Under the pieces are notes generated by a model. That model was not told the DNA's origin, ran no database searches, and worked only from the letters and a program-made list of their open reading frames with translations. The position numbers were made by a program, and so were the translations under genes. Positions 1-11,429 of a stretch of 64,000 bases of DNA are shown here, piece after piece. Source of the DNA: Selaginella moellendorffii (taxonomy: Eukaryota > Plantae > Lycopodiophyta); the NCBI RefSeq assembly GCF_000143415.4, contig NW_003314292.1:1619498-1683497 (forward strand), given 5' to 3'. Each line of letters starts with the position of its first letter. Positions within the stretch are counted from its first letter, which is position 1.

Positions 1-792
1 TAGTACGAACAAAGTCCCAGGATCGCGCTGGTGAGGCATGAGATCGAATAGCTCTTTTGCGTCCTGGATTTGCCCGCAAGAAATAAATCCCCGGAGAAGG
101 GCATTCCAGGAGATCTCATCCCTCTGTGGCATTCGATCAAAAAACTGTTTTGCTTCTTTAATCTTCCCACTCGCAGCGAGCGATTTGAGAATTAAATTCA
201 ATGAAGCGATCGTTTTATCGGGCATTTTCTCAAACAAATGACACGCTTGCTGTAGATGCCCACGCTTGGCGTATCCCCCAATCATTACATTCCAGGAGAT
301 GGAATCTCTCACCCGCATTCTATCAAAAACTTTCTTGGCTCCTTCTACGTCTTCCTGTTGTAGGTATCCAGATATTATGGGATTCCATGAAGCTGGATCA
401 TCGCTTTGATCGCGAATCGCCAAGTTCTCGGCCTCTTCGAGATGCCCCATCCGGGCATATGCCGCTATCATCGTGTTCAAGGCAACAGGACTCTGTTGTG
501 GCATCGCATCAAACCAGCTTCGAGCTTGTGCCAAGTCCCCGTTGCGTGAAAATGCCGCGAGCATGATATTCCAGGAAAACTGATTTGGCGTGAGAATCTC
601 TTCAAAGGCACCGTGAGCCTCGCTGATACACCCACACCGGCCATACATTTCTACAACCAGATTAGCGAGGAAGATGTTTTGTTGAAGCTCCTTGTGTGCC
701 TTAACCTTAAAGTGGATCCTCTTGGCTTCCTCCACATCCCTTGAGATGCCAATTGACTTTATTTGCAATGCAAGAGATTTGATGGTTTCCAT
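1..792 (-). CDS. PLS-class PPR protein, 5' part (ORF runs off the left edge)
   Basis: Manual translation from ATG at 792 stays open to base 1: METIKSLALQIK...NIFLANLVVEMYGRCGCISEAHGAFEEILTPNQFSWNIMLAAFSRNGDLAQARSWFDAMP...RDEISWNALLRGFISCGQIQDAKELFDLMP. It is missing from the ORF track because there is no stop inside the window. Confidence 0.85.
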   Translation of the reverse strand, partial: METIKSLALQIKSIGISRDVEEAKRIHFKVKAHKELQQNIFLANLVVEMYGRCGCISEAHGAFEEILTPNQFSWNIMLAAFSRNGDLAQARSWFDAMPQQSPVALNTMIAAYARMGHLEEAENLAIRDQSDDPASWNPIISGYLQQEDVEGAKKVFDRMRVRDSISWNVMIGGYAKRGHLQQACHLFEKMPDKTIASLNLILKSLAASGKIKEAKQFFDRMPQRDEISWNALLRGFISCGQIQDAKELFDLMPHQRDPGTLFVL

Positions 793-983
793 GGTTTCAG
801 ATTGGAATGGAATATAAAATGCAAACTTGTTGAAGGCTCTGGTGGTGCTGGGTTCAAATTCTTTGCAGGATTTAAAATATACATCAATCAATCACAACAA
901 CAAAACAATAAGAGGCGAGCCGTCGGATCGTCGGATTGCAAATATGTATGGTTATGAGAAAAATTGGGTTAGTGTAACAGGGT

Positions 984-2045
984 AACACCATTGGATGAGC
1001 AACTGCTGGCTGATTAGCTCGTGAGCCCATCTGGGAGATGAGCAATTGAGAAGCACTGAGAATTGTGAGAGTTGGAATGCTGGGCAAGGATGGGATGGCT
1101 TGGGCTTTGATTCTGTTTGAGTTTTTCCTCATCTCTCAGCCACTGCCAAGAGTTTTGGCAGAGTTATAACTGTAGATTAGAAATGGTGGCCAGACTCCGT
1201 GTACAGATCATGAACAAATCATCTCATGGCCACACACCTCCAAAATATTGACTGGTGTCTCCGTGTGATCTATATGATATTATGCAAACACGAAGGCATC
1301 ACGGCATAATTTTTAACCCTTGAGTCTACGTTTCTATCCAGTGTTCTTCCCAAGCATCACTGGTATAAGCGCTGGGATTTTGGTCAAATGCCTTGCCTTG
1401 GACGTGCTAGGCATTGACTCAGTACTCGTTGTTTCATATCACAAAACAATTGCTCTCTATCTCCAACATAAGGTGCTCCGCAGTATATCCTAAAAGGTGA
1501 CTTTTAAGAATGAAGCTTGCAAATGAAGTGTTAAAAACTTTCAAAATAATTATCAAGATTTCTCATATGTGCTTTCCAAGGGATCCTGGACGCAAAGGCA
1601 TCAACCTAAAATGTGGGAAAGAAACAAAATACCATGTTTTTGTTTTTTATTTTTTTTCTCTCCCATTCATTGGTTAGTCCCCCTCAGCTGGATAGAAGTG
1701 GAATTGCAAATGTAATTCCACATTCCATGAAACTATGAAACTATGCCTACTTTAGAAGTTATGGATTAGCAAGGACATAATAAAAATGATTGTTGTGAAT
1801 TTGTGAAGTGTTTGTTAATTGCTCAACATTGGTTGGGCAAATTACTAGTCTACTACTATAATGAGCAATCGCTAAACTGCTGGATCTTGCCAGTCAGCAC
1901 GAAGTAACTTGGTAAATATTGCTTTTTATCGCACGTCCTTTGGAAATAGAGGCCGAACAGCATGGGGAAAGGAGGATCCAGCGGCAGCGCTGGCCAAGTA
2001 GCTGCTTAGATCCTCAAGTCCGCAGCAAGATCACGAGCTTTGGCA
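984..2045. repeat. Left arm of a ~1 kb inverted duplication (partner 11831-12810)
   Basis: 1080-1175 (tgggcaaggatgggatggcttg...ctctcagccactgccaagag) is the reverse complement of 12645-12742. 1995-2045 matches 11831-11886. Confidence 0.9.
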
Positions 2046-3182
2046 GCGATTCAAAAGTCCGGGAACCCGTCGAGGCCTCTCTCAGCCGTCGTCGAGTATG
2101 CTTCTCCAACCACAGTACGTCCAGCAGAGGTGTATGAACTCACAGTGAAGGATGCGCTACTGGTGGCCTGGGATCGCCCTTACCAGGATCCTCTCAAAGT
2201 GTTGGACTACGTTGCGCAGGTTATTGATGGCATGTTTCGCCAGTGGAACTCGGATGGGGAGCTGCTTACGATGGTGCTGCAGAGCTCTGGGTGGGGGAAG
2301 TCGAGGTTACTGCTACAGCTCTCTACAAAAGGCTTCCACGTAGTGTACGTCAACTTCCTCAGGCTTCGGTCTACAAGCATCCCAGGTCGAAGTCCTGTGG
2401 CTCAGCAGCTGATTGACAGTAAACAGGGCGACGATCCACGCGCCGTGGCAGCATGGATTCTCGCCATTCTAACTCGGATTGAAGGGAAAACCCCACAGGA
2501 TTGGGTGACAGAACAGTCGGAGCCACATTTCGCCATAAACGTGGCTACAAGGTAAGCGTGAGACTATCTTCTCTTTTTGTTTGCTGACTTTGTGCTGCTG
2601 GTGCTTGTTCCTCCAGCTACCGTGACCTCGTTGAGGAGGTGCTGGAGAAAGTCCCTGAGTCCAGACCGGCTCTAGGAGAGGACTGGAATCGTAAGCCCCT
2701 GTCTCGTTGGTTTGCGCACAAGGCCAAGAAGATTGTCTCGCCTGAGATGACGATCCTCGTCTGCATGGACGAGGCGGCTTCATTGTTTACAGAGGTGACC
2801 GGCTCATTCCTGGCCTGCAGGAGCTTTTTCTCAAGCATTCCGCGCGACATAAAGGTGTTCGGACTGGTTGCTGACACTGCAGGAAAGCTGGACCTCGTCG
2901 TCCCTGCGAGAATGTATGACCCTGGCTTGTGGGCACGAGCTCCCTCGATGTCGTCATTCAAGCCGATCTGGGTGGTGGGAAGATTGTGGCGAGACTTTGA
3001 GCAGGCAAAGAAGCTAATGTCCTTGCAGCTGAAGACACAGGATCCGACATTCCCATTGGCAGAGCTGACAAAGGAGCTGTTCAGGTGGGGGCGGCCCCTG
3101 TGGTGCATCCCGCCCAATAGCTTCTGCATGGCGAACATCACTACATCCAACTTGCCTTCACTGTTGTCGGTGGTGGCAACTT
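2046..3182 (+). pseudogene. QSSGxGKS-family P-loop NTPase (Crinkler/RHS-type CR-NTPase-like), copy 1, truncated at both ends
   Basis: Walker A VLQSSGWGKSRLL. A GT-AG intron at 2552-2616 joins the two ORFs in frame. Walker B ILVCMDEA, then VFGLVADT and LFRWGRPLW. The native 5' end is missing, and the ~80 bp after GRPLW are inverted. Confidence 0.75.
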
Positions 3183-3199
3183 TGGTGAGATATGATATT

Positions 3200-6100
3200 C
3201 ACAGAGGTAGAGTTAATATGTCTATTTAACAGCACAATCTTTTGTAACATCATTCGGTAAAGTAAATTTATCATTATTAAATCATCATCAAGTAAAATAA
3301 GTGTCAAAAATTCTCTGTAAATTATTAGTCACAAAGTAACTAACAATCACTTTTCAACTTACATTTCACAAGACTTAAACATTAAATTCATGTCATCAAG
3401 TCATCTACTTATCCAACATGAATGTAATACCCTAGATATAAGATAAAGGTTCATTGACAAGCACAGACCACTCAAATCTAAGTCAACCACAATAAACTTA
3501 CCAACACATCTAACCAATAATTTTGAACATGCCCTGAAGAGATTAGCTATGCATGATTAACAGTTAGTTAAAACTAAAGTGAAGATCATGAGATGAACTC
3601 ATATTAATACACAACTTCCTCATAAACAAAATTATAATACGGGTACTAACATCTTAACCTTAAACAATTAAATTGAATATCATCATCCTTAGTAAGGTGT
3701 AACGTTACCATGACCAAATCAAGATCAATGAGAGCTCATTACTCTTATAAAGTTTAACAAAATGCAAGGTACAACTTGCCACCTAGCATAATATTACAGA
3801 ATAAATGCACAAAGGTTATTTTTCTAGAAAAGCATAATAGTCACTTTTTTACTTATTCAACTCAATTGCTTTAGCCCTAAAAGTTAGCATCCCTTTTAAG
3901 CCGTATCATACAAACTAATTACTTAGATTTAAACCAACTAAAGTTAACTTTAACCCCTTCACTAGTTTATATTGGTTTATGAAAATGGAATGGTTTTCGG
4001 GTAAAATGATCAATAGATCAGTCATTGGAAAAGTCTAAGAAAATTTATGAAAAATTTTCTACGTAAAAAAAGAATAACTTTTAGTTCAAAAATACAAGCT
4101 TTCAAACCTCAATCAATTTCCTCCTACTAATAACTTCATATAAGTTCACCTCAATATAAATTTTCATGACCCAACAGTATGTCTAAGCATCAAATATCAT
4201 GCCTATATTTCCAATATCTAACAATGACATTCACAAAATGCAAAATGAACATCTAAGGCTTGGTCATGAAAATTATATCTTCAGATATTTATATTGCACT
4301 AACATTCTTCTTTAAGCATCTTCAAAATCCAATATGAAGCTAAAACACTAACAAGAAAAATAACATAAAAAATCAAGTTTTAAAGAAAATTGCTTATCAC
4401 TCAAAAATACAATGCCACTTCCACTAATACAATAGCAATATCAATGCCTCAACTACACACTTTCTCTATCTAACAATTTATTCCAAGTGTTAACAAATAA
4501 ACTAACAAACCATAGCAAGTGAATGTTATAACCTTTTCCAACAGCTCAATGAACAAATCCTTAAGGAAATAAAGTACTAACTTAAGCTTAGCATAAAGGA
4601 TTATTATTAAAAACCAAGTTAAAGCTACTTCAATATTACTTATTGCAAGTAGACTAATTTCACTATCAACCATTTGAGGTTGATCGCTATTTGACCAAAT
4701 AATTTCATATACACATGGCTTACGACCACATAGATATGATATAAGTATTATAATGATTTGATCATCAATCGAGCAACATGAACAATGCCTATATCACTAC
4801 TATAAAAGTTTATGTGAATATCAAATGCCAACTTAATTTGACAAATAAATGCCATATCACCAATAGAGATTTATAACACTTAATACCACTAACTTTTGTT
4901 TGTAACACAGATAATCTCATGCCATTTTCTTTTCGACCAAACTCAACATTAATCCAATAACAAGTTATTTAAGGATTAATACCAAAATTCTTCAGAAAAG
5001 AATTGAGCATTGGAACCCAAGTCTAATAACAAGCCTAGACAAAATGGTTTAGCACTTCACTACTATCCATCCTACGACTTGCCACTTGTAAGACCATCAT
5101 AACTAAGACGTATGAAGTTAAGGACTCTCAATTGCATGATGTGAACATGAGTAATGAAATTACATTTCGTTGCAAATCATTTCTCCAAGAAAAGAAAATT
5201 ATTTACATGTTTGATCTTTCGTCTCTGGTAACTCTTTTTTTGGACTTAACTTTGTCCAAACCTCAAACTTGCTTTCACACTGCTTTCAATCCAATCTAAA
5301 AAAGAGTTTATGAGAGAGCACGGCAATGACTATTTGAACTAATAGGCTAATCCCTACAATCTTGATTGATTCACTTACAATCATATCTAAGAAGGATCCA
5401 CTAATGTTGTGTTAAACAACTACAAATTAGCCTATTCACCACTTATAGCAAACCTAGGAGAGGTTTATTTTTACCCACGGTACATGGAACAACTCAAAAA
5501 TCACCAATATGCTAACATTAATCCTACCATCTTAAAGTGTAACCTTGAATTGCTAATATGCCTCACTCACAAAATGAAAATGGTAAACTCATGCAAAATG
5601 GTATACCTCAAATCCATTTTATGAGCCCAAGTGGAAGCTCATATAATCTAGTACGAAAAGGTAATCAAAGTCTATACCCAAAGAAAGATTACAAAGTCAT
5701 AGCACCTAAACATGTACTCACTTGGATCATCATTTTCATCACTGTATATGTAATGAAATTAATTGCCGTATTTATTGAGGGTTTTTACCCTTTATCATAT
5801 GATGATTTACCATAGGATAACTATAAAGCATAACCTAAACCCACGTGTTATATGCCATGTTCCAAAAACAACGGAGTGGAATCCAAGTTTCAAAACCTTG
5901 GGCCATTAAATGAAGAAATGGAGCCAAACTCCCAAGTTTGCAGCCAAAAAGCAAATAAATAATAACATAGAGTGACTCTTGAGCGTTCAGCCTAAGGAGT
6001 AAAGGGAATAGAAGCACGAAGTGATGTTAGAATAATCTTAAAACTTCTAGCATCCTAATGTCAAGACCAACATAAAACAGAGCCAAATGAGGATATGGGT

Positions 6101-6260
6101 ACTCCATTAACTAACATGGTGTGAAACTTAGGCTTAAACCTTGCAAAACAAAGATAAACATACAAACAAAAACTAAATTATGCCTTAGATTAGTCAACCA
6201 TGCTCAACCTACCCACTATACATTTGGAACCCACCCCCTAATTGAAACAAATAACCCCTT
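3200..6260 (+). mobile_element. AT-rich decayed insertion, possibly an old retroelement or caulimovirid-like RT relic
   Basis: Abrupt shift to A-rich, low-GC sequence with no long ORF. 5558-5880 reads LMQNGIPQIHFMSPSGSSYNLVRKGNQSLYPKKDYK...FIEGFYPL...CYMP, weakly like the start of a Ty3/caulimovirus RT. Confidence 0.25.
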
Positions 6261-6339
6261 TTAATTGCAGCTGTTTCTTAGACAGCTTGGTCACCAAGTC
6301 TGGGAGCTTGACAGGGTGGCTGAACCTATTGTAGCTTGC

Positions 6340-7802
6340 CTCGTGCTTGCAACAGGCATATATTGCCAAGAGCAGCACAATCCACCCAACTATTTCCCCT
6401 CAAGGCCCCCCCACAACATAAGCTTGCTTGAAAACACACTGCACCACCTCCAGCACTGCACACAAATGATCTTGGCTGCACAGTATCTGCGCAGCTGCCT
6501 CCCCCAGTATAGGCTCAAATGCGTCCACGGTGAAGACGGCGTCATGGTCACCACTTACATGGTTCACTGTCCGCATGCCACCACCTCGAGGCCAGCCGCC
6601 ACCCCCAGAACGGCAATGCCCATTTCTTCCGTCAATGCTTGCCTGCCCTGCGGCCTCAGTCTCGCCAAGGTCGTCCCGCCCAGTAGCTTCTGCATGCGCG
6701 AACATCACCGCGTCCAACTCTCCTGCGCTGTTGTCGATAGCAGTGCCACCTGAACAGCTAGTGTCACCAACCAGTCCGAACACCTTTATGTCACGCGGAA
6801 TGCTCGAGAAAAACCTCCTGCAGACCAGGAATGAGCCGGCCACCTCCGTAAACAATGAAGCTGCCTCGTCCATGCAGACGAGGATCTTCATCTCGGGCGA
6901 GACAATCTTCTTGGCGTTGCGCGAACCAACGAGACAGGGGCTTACAATTCCAGTCCTCTCCTAGAGCCGGTCTGGACTCAGGGACTTTCACCACCACCTC
7001 CTCAACGAGGTCACGGTAGCTGGAGGAACAAGCACCGGCAGCAAAAAGTCAGCAAACAAAAAGAGAAGATAGTCTCTAGCCACGTTTATGAAATGTGGCT
7101 CCGACTGTTCCGTCACCCAATCCTGTAGGCTTTTCCCTTTGATCTGAGTTATAATCACGCTGGCACAGTGCGAGGATCGCCCTGCTTACTGTTAATCAGC
7201 TGCTGAGCCACAGGACTTCGACCTGGGATGCCTGTAGACCCAACCCTGAGGAAGTTGACGTACACTACGTGGAAGCCTTTTGTAGATATCTGTAGCAGTA
7301 ACCTCGACTTCCCCCACCCAGAGCTCTGCAGCACCATCGTAAGCAGCTCCCCATCCGAGTTCCACTGGCGAAACATGCCATCAATAACCTGCGCAACGTA
7401 GTCCAACACTTTGAGAGGATCCTGGTAAGGGCGATCCCAGGCCACTGCTAGCGCACGCTTGACTTCCAGTGGATATACGACTGAAGGACGTCTTGTGGTT
7501 GGAGAAGCATACTCGACCACGGCTGAGAGAGGCCTCGACGGGTTCTCGGCGTTTGGAATCGCTGTGAGCAGTCTGGCCAACCAGTCCTTATCAGCCTCCA
7601 CCAATAAGAGAAGCACTTTCGTTGCAAGGTGCTTAAGAGGACTGCCAATAGGGGCGGCGTTAAAAAGCCATTCGACCAGCTTGTCTCGAGACAGTGGCAG
7701 TGACGGATCGAACGGGGGCATGCCTTCGGCCAGTTTCTCAAGAGTGTTGCGCAGGAAGTGCTGCGTGAGAGAGGCATGAGACACAAGATAATTTGCGTAC
7801 AT
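6340..7802 (-). pseudogene. QSSGxGKS-family P-loop NTPase, copy 2
   Basis: 6770-7564 is an inverted near-copy of 2044-2878. It has its own N-terminus (MYANYLVSHAS...), a premature stop at 7155, a deleted splice donor, frameshifts and no GRPLW block. It keeps downstream motifs LDAVMFA, EPILGEAAAQIL and GP*GEIVGWIVLLLA. Confidence 0.75.
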
Positions 7803-8005
7803 ACCACAAACATAGGTGTCGCCTGTGGGCGCAAGCGTTACTCGTTGCCGAGCTCTTCCGCCGAGACAGTGTTGGGGTATAGGCGCTGCACAAGAGGGTG
7901 ATGGTGTCGCAAGATTCGCACCGTCAAACCACCGCTTCTATATTAATAGTCACAATGTGCATTAAAGTCCATAAAGTTTTTATAAAATCTTTGGAGAGAA
8001 TATGC

Positions 8006-10015
8006 CTAATTTTCTTCCAGAGCGATCCTCGCTTTGATCCACGCCTCCACCGCGGCTCCAGTCGAGCAGTAGTACCCCGCCGGCTCGGTGTTCTCCGTGA
8101 AGGGCGCCCCGAGCTTCTTGAGCAGCGTTCCAACGATCGGGTTAAGCCTCTGTCCACTGCGCACTCGTCCCACGCCCGTCTCGATGATGAGATCCTCCGG
8201 GAGCTCGTCCCCTTCCCGGACAGCCGCCTTGAGCGAGCTCACCCAAGCTTCGATCGCGCACTCGGCCGCGGGCATGGAGAGCGTCCGGAGGTTGAGCCGC
8301 CACAGCGATGGGAGATTGGTCTGGAGGCCATCGTAGGCTCCCACCGCAACTCCCATGGCGAAGATCTTGTGAGCTGCGTGCTTCATCCCCACGCTGGAGC
8401 AGATGTCGATGAGGCAGTTGCATAGCGGCTTGCGCGAGTCCGTCTCGGGGTAGTCGCTGATGAACTTCTCCACCATCTCCGCCACCTCGTCCCTGGATCT
8501 CGGCTCTTCCTTGCGGACGATCGCGCTCATGAGCTCGTGGAGAGGAGCGTTAAACTTGTCCAGGCAGTCGAGGATGGCGAGGCGCTCGTCGTCGCTCTTG
8601 GCCATGGCCATGCACGAGAGCAGCATCCCGCTCACTCGCTCGTCCGGCGAGCAGCAGCCACTCTCCATCATCTCGTCAAAGATCTTGCTCGCCTGCTCGA
8701 TCTCCCCGGCGAGCTTGCAGGCCCGGATCATCACCGTGAAGAGTGGAGTGTCCGGCTTGCCGTTGAGCGCCACCACCTTGTCGAACATCCTCCTGGCCGG
8801 ATCCACCATTCCCTTCGTCGCGTACGTGTTCATGGCCGTCCTGTACGTGAGATGATCCGGGTTACACCCCGCTCGCTTCATCTCCTTCAAGATATCCTCC
8901 GCTTGCTCGACTCGGCCTCCCTCGACGCAGGCTTTCATGAGCGAGTTGTACACCGCGACGTCGCACTTCCAACCCTCCGTCTTGAGCGTCTCGTAGACCT
9001 CGAATGCTTGGTCGTAAGCTCCGACTCTCGTGTACATCTCCACCAGGATGCTCAGTGTCACCGGCGTCGGGCTCACTCCGGAGGTTCTCATCTCGTTGAA
9101 CACCTTCTTGGCCTGGTTCACTTTTCCGGCCTTACTCAGCGTCCCCATGAGCGTGTTCATGATCACGGCGTTGGGGGAGCTTCCACTGTCTCGCATCTCC
9201 TGGACGAGCTGCATGATGGATTGGTAGTCCCCGGCCCGGGCGTAGACGTTGGCTATAGCGCCGTAAGTCACAGTGTCGAGCTTCCAGTTGACGGACTTTA
9301 GCTTCTCGTAGAGCTCCACGGCCTCGTTCACTCGTCCCACTCGCCCATACATGTCGATCACCGAGTTGTAAGTCACCTCGTCTGGGACGATCCCTTCGCT
9401 CTTCATCCTCTCGAACCACTTGAGAGCTTCTTCCGGCTGGCGGCAGCGCTTGGCGCAGTTGATCAGAGTGCTGAAAGTGTAGTTGTCCGGCTGGATCCCG
9501 CGACCCGTCATCTCCTCGACGAGCTTCTCCGAGAGCTCGAGCTGGCGGCCATTGCGTAGGATCTTGAGCATCACGTTGTACGTGTACCTGTTGATCTCGT
9601 AGAGCTCAGGTCGGGCCTTGAGCCACTCGAAGAAGGCGAGAGCTTTCTCCCAGCGGTTGATGTTGTTGAGAACCGTGACGATGTTCTTGGCCGACAGGGA
9701 TTTGTCCCAGCTCTCCAGCGCCGCCTCTACATTCCCAGTCTTCTGGACGATCTTGAGAACCTCATCAACTCTAGCAAACTGTGGAGTCCATTTCGTGTAC
9801 CTGGGAATCGTTTTCGCGCTGGCACTGGACTCTCCAGTTTCCTCGGGAGTGTTGGAACTGGTCCTGTTCTCCTCGCCATTGTCGAGCTCTAGAGAAGAAG
9901 CTGAGGAGGCTGCCTTGGCCAAAAATCTGCCATGACTATGGTGGCTGTGCGTGCTGCTGGTAGAAAACGGGCTTAGAGTAGTCGCTGGCTTACTCGTTGG
10001 AAGTGCCCACAGCAT
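8006..10015 (-). CDS. P-class PPR protein with C-terminal SMR domain (SOT1/SVR7-type), probably plastid-targeted
   Basis: 669-aa intronless ORF with a Ser/Thr-rich N-terminus, about ten 35-aa P motifs (e.g. PDEVTYNSVIDMYGRVGRVNEAVELYEKL) and SMR motifs WRLNLRTLS and IETGVGR. Confidence 0.92.
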   Translation of the reverse strand: MLWALPTSKPATTLSPFSTSSTHSHHSHGRFLAKAASSASSLELDNGEENRTSSNTPEETGESSASAKTIPRYTKWTPQFARVDEVLKIVQKTGNVEAALESWDKSLSAKNIVTVLNNINRWEKALAFFEWLKARPELYEINRYTYNVMLKILRNGRQLELSEKLVEEMTGRGIQPDNYTFSTLINCAKRCRQPEEALKWFERMKSEGIVPDEVTYNSVIDMYGRVGRVNEAVELYEKLKSVNWKLDTVTYGAIANVYARAGDYQSIMQLVQEMRDSGSSPNAVIMNTLMGTLSKAGKVNQAKKVFNEMRTSGVSPTPVTLSILVEMYTRVGAYDQAFEVYETLKTEGWKCDVAVYNSLMKACVEGGRVEQAEDILKEMKRAGCNPDHLTYRTAMNTYATKGMVDPARRMFDKVVALNGKPDTPLFTVMIRACKLAGEIEQASKIFDEMMESGCCSPDERVSGMLLSCMAMAKSDDERLAILDCLDKFNAPLHELMSAIVRKEEPRSRDEVAEMVEKFISDYPETDSRKPLCNCLIDICSSVGMKHAAHKIFAMGVAVGAYDGLQTNLPSLWRLNLRTLSMPAAECAIEAWVSSLKAAVREGDELPEDLIIETGVGRVRSGQRLNPIVGTLLKKLGAPFTENTEPAGYYCSTGAAVEAWIKARIALEEN

Positions 10016-10149
10016 GATTCTGGAGAAATTGCTTGCTATCTATCTATCTACCTGTACGATTAGCCGCGAGAGCGAAAATGCGCGCTAGTTCTAGCGCTGT
10101 AGAAATGGAATGGATTTGCATTTGATCGAGTACCTTTGCGCGAGTGACG

Positions 10150-11045
10150 ATGCTGGAGAACGCAACCCTGTTTCTAGGGCTCTGGCGTAATCCAAAACCA
10201 CTCGAGAACAAACAAATGCAAGTGTGACACTGACTATTTTGCTCACCTCCTCAAGCAATGTGGGAATTCCAAGGACCCTTCACAGGGAGATCGAGTCTAC
10301 AAACAAATCTCCTCGAGTGAATTTGCGAATGACAGATACCTGGGAAATCTCTTCATCGAGATGTATGGCAAGTGCGGGCAATTGGACAAGGCGCAAGCGG
10401 CTTTCGATCGCCTGGATCAGCCCAACTTATCGCGGCATACACTCGCAAAGGGCAGATCTATCGAGCGAGAGATCTCTTTGACGAGATGCCCTCCAAGGAT
10501 GTTGTCTCGTGGAATGCCATGATCACAGCATATGCCCAATATGGGGACCTGGAAGAAGCCAAGACACTGTTTGATAGAACAAAGAAGAAGGTTCTTTTTA
10601 CCTGGAACACGATGATGGCTGCGCATGCTGGAGTGGGGAAGATTTTGGAGGCGGAGAGATCTTTGATAGGATGGAGCAGCGAGATCTTGTATCCTAGAAC
10701 ACGATGATTAACGCTTATTCCCAGAACCGGCATCTTCCCGAGGCTAGAAATACTTTTGACGCGATGCTCGCCTACGCACAGAACGATGATCTAGAAGAAG
10801 CCGAGAGGTTGTTCGAAAGAATGCCTCACATCGATGAACGCGATGGTCGAAGCCTGCGCCATGGCCGGGAGGATCGATCAAGCGCGCAAGATGCTGGAGA
10901 CGACCCTGGATCATTGGACGATGACCGTGTCCTGGAACGCGCTGCGCGACATATCCCTTACAGGGTTTATGGAATCTTCCAGGGACGCTCCATCGCCACG
11001 ACGACCTTGGCACAATCATCGGTTTGGTCTCCATAGATGGATTCT
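10150..11045 (+). pseudogene. PLS-class PPR pseudogene
   Basis: FAHLLKQCG...YLGNLFIEMYGKCGQLDKAQAAFD, DVVSWNAMITAYAQYGDLEEAK and AYAQNDDLEEAERLFERMP are spread over several frames by deletions. Confidence 0.8.
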
Positions 11046-11429
11046 ATAAGTTCTAACTACGCCTGTTTTTATGTAGGCTCTGTCAAAGGTTCTTCTAATC
11101 CGAATGCAAGCGGACGAGATCACTCAGATGTGTGCGCTTGCGAAAATGTGGGATTTTTTTAGTGTGGTATTTCTTGCTTTGGATCCATAAACAAGTTCAG
11201 TGTGATGAGATCAGGGAGAGATGTATGCGTTTTCGTGGTTTCTTTGGTTTTTTCTGGAACTGAGAGACGTAGAGTGTTATCAAGCACTTCTCTTAGGACG
11301 GCCCTTGGCACAATCATCGGTTCGTCCGTAGGCACTTCTGGAAATGGGAGATGTAGAGTGTTATCAAGCACTGCTCTTAGGACCAGGCGCTCTTGAAGTT
11401 TTCATTTTGTCTGTTGTCATTTTCAAATG

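Noticed and set aside
1962-2045. Myristoylated N-terminus MGKGGSS for NTPase copy 1
   Set aside because: In-frame TAG at 2007, and the sequence derives from the antisense strand of the PTB relic via the deletion junction.
8088-9963. Long antisense and alternative-frame ORFs over GC-rich genes (also at 28759-29520 and 61542-62180)
   Set aside because: Shadow ORFs of GC3-rich coding sequence with no recognisable motifs.
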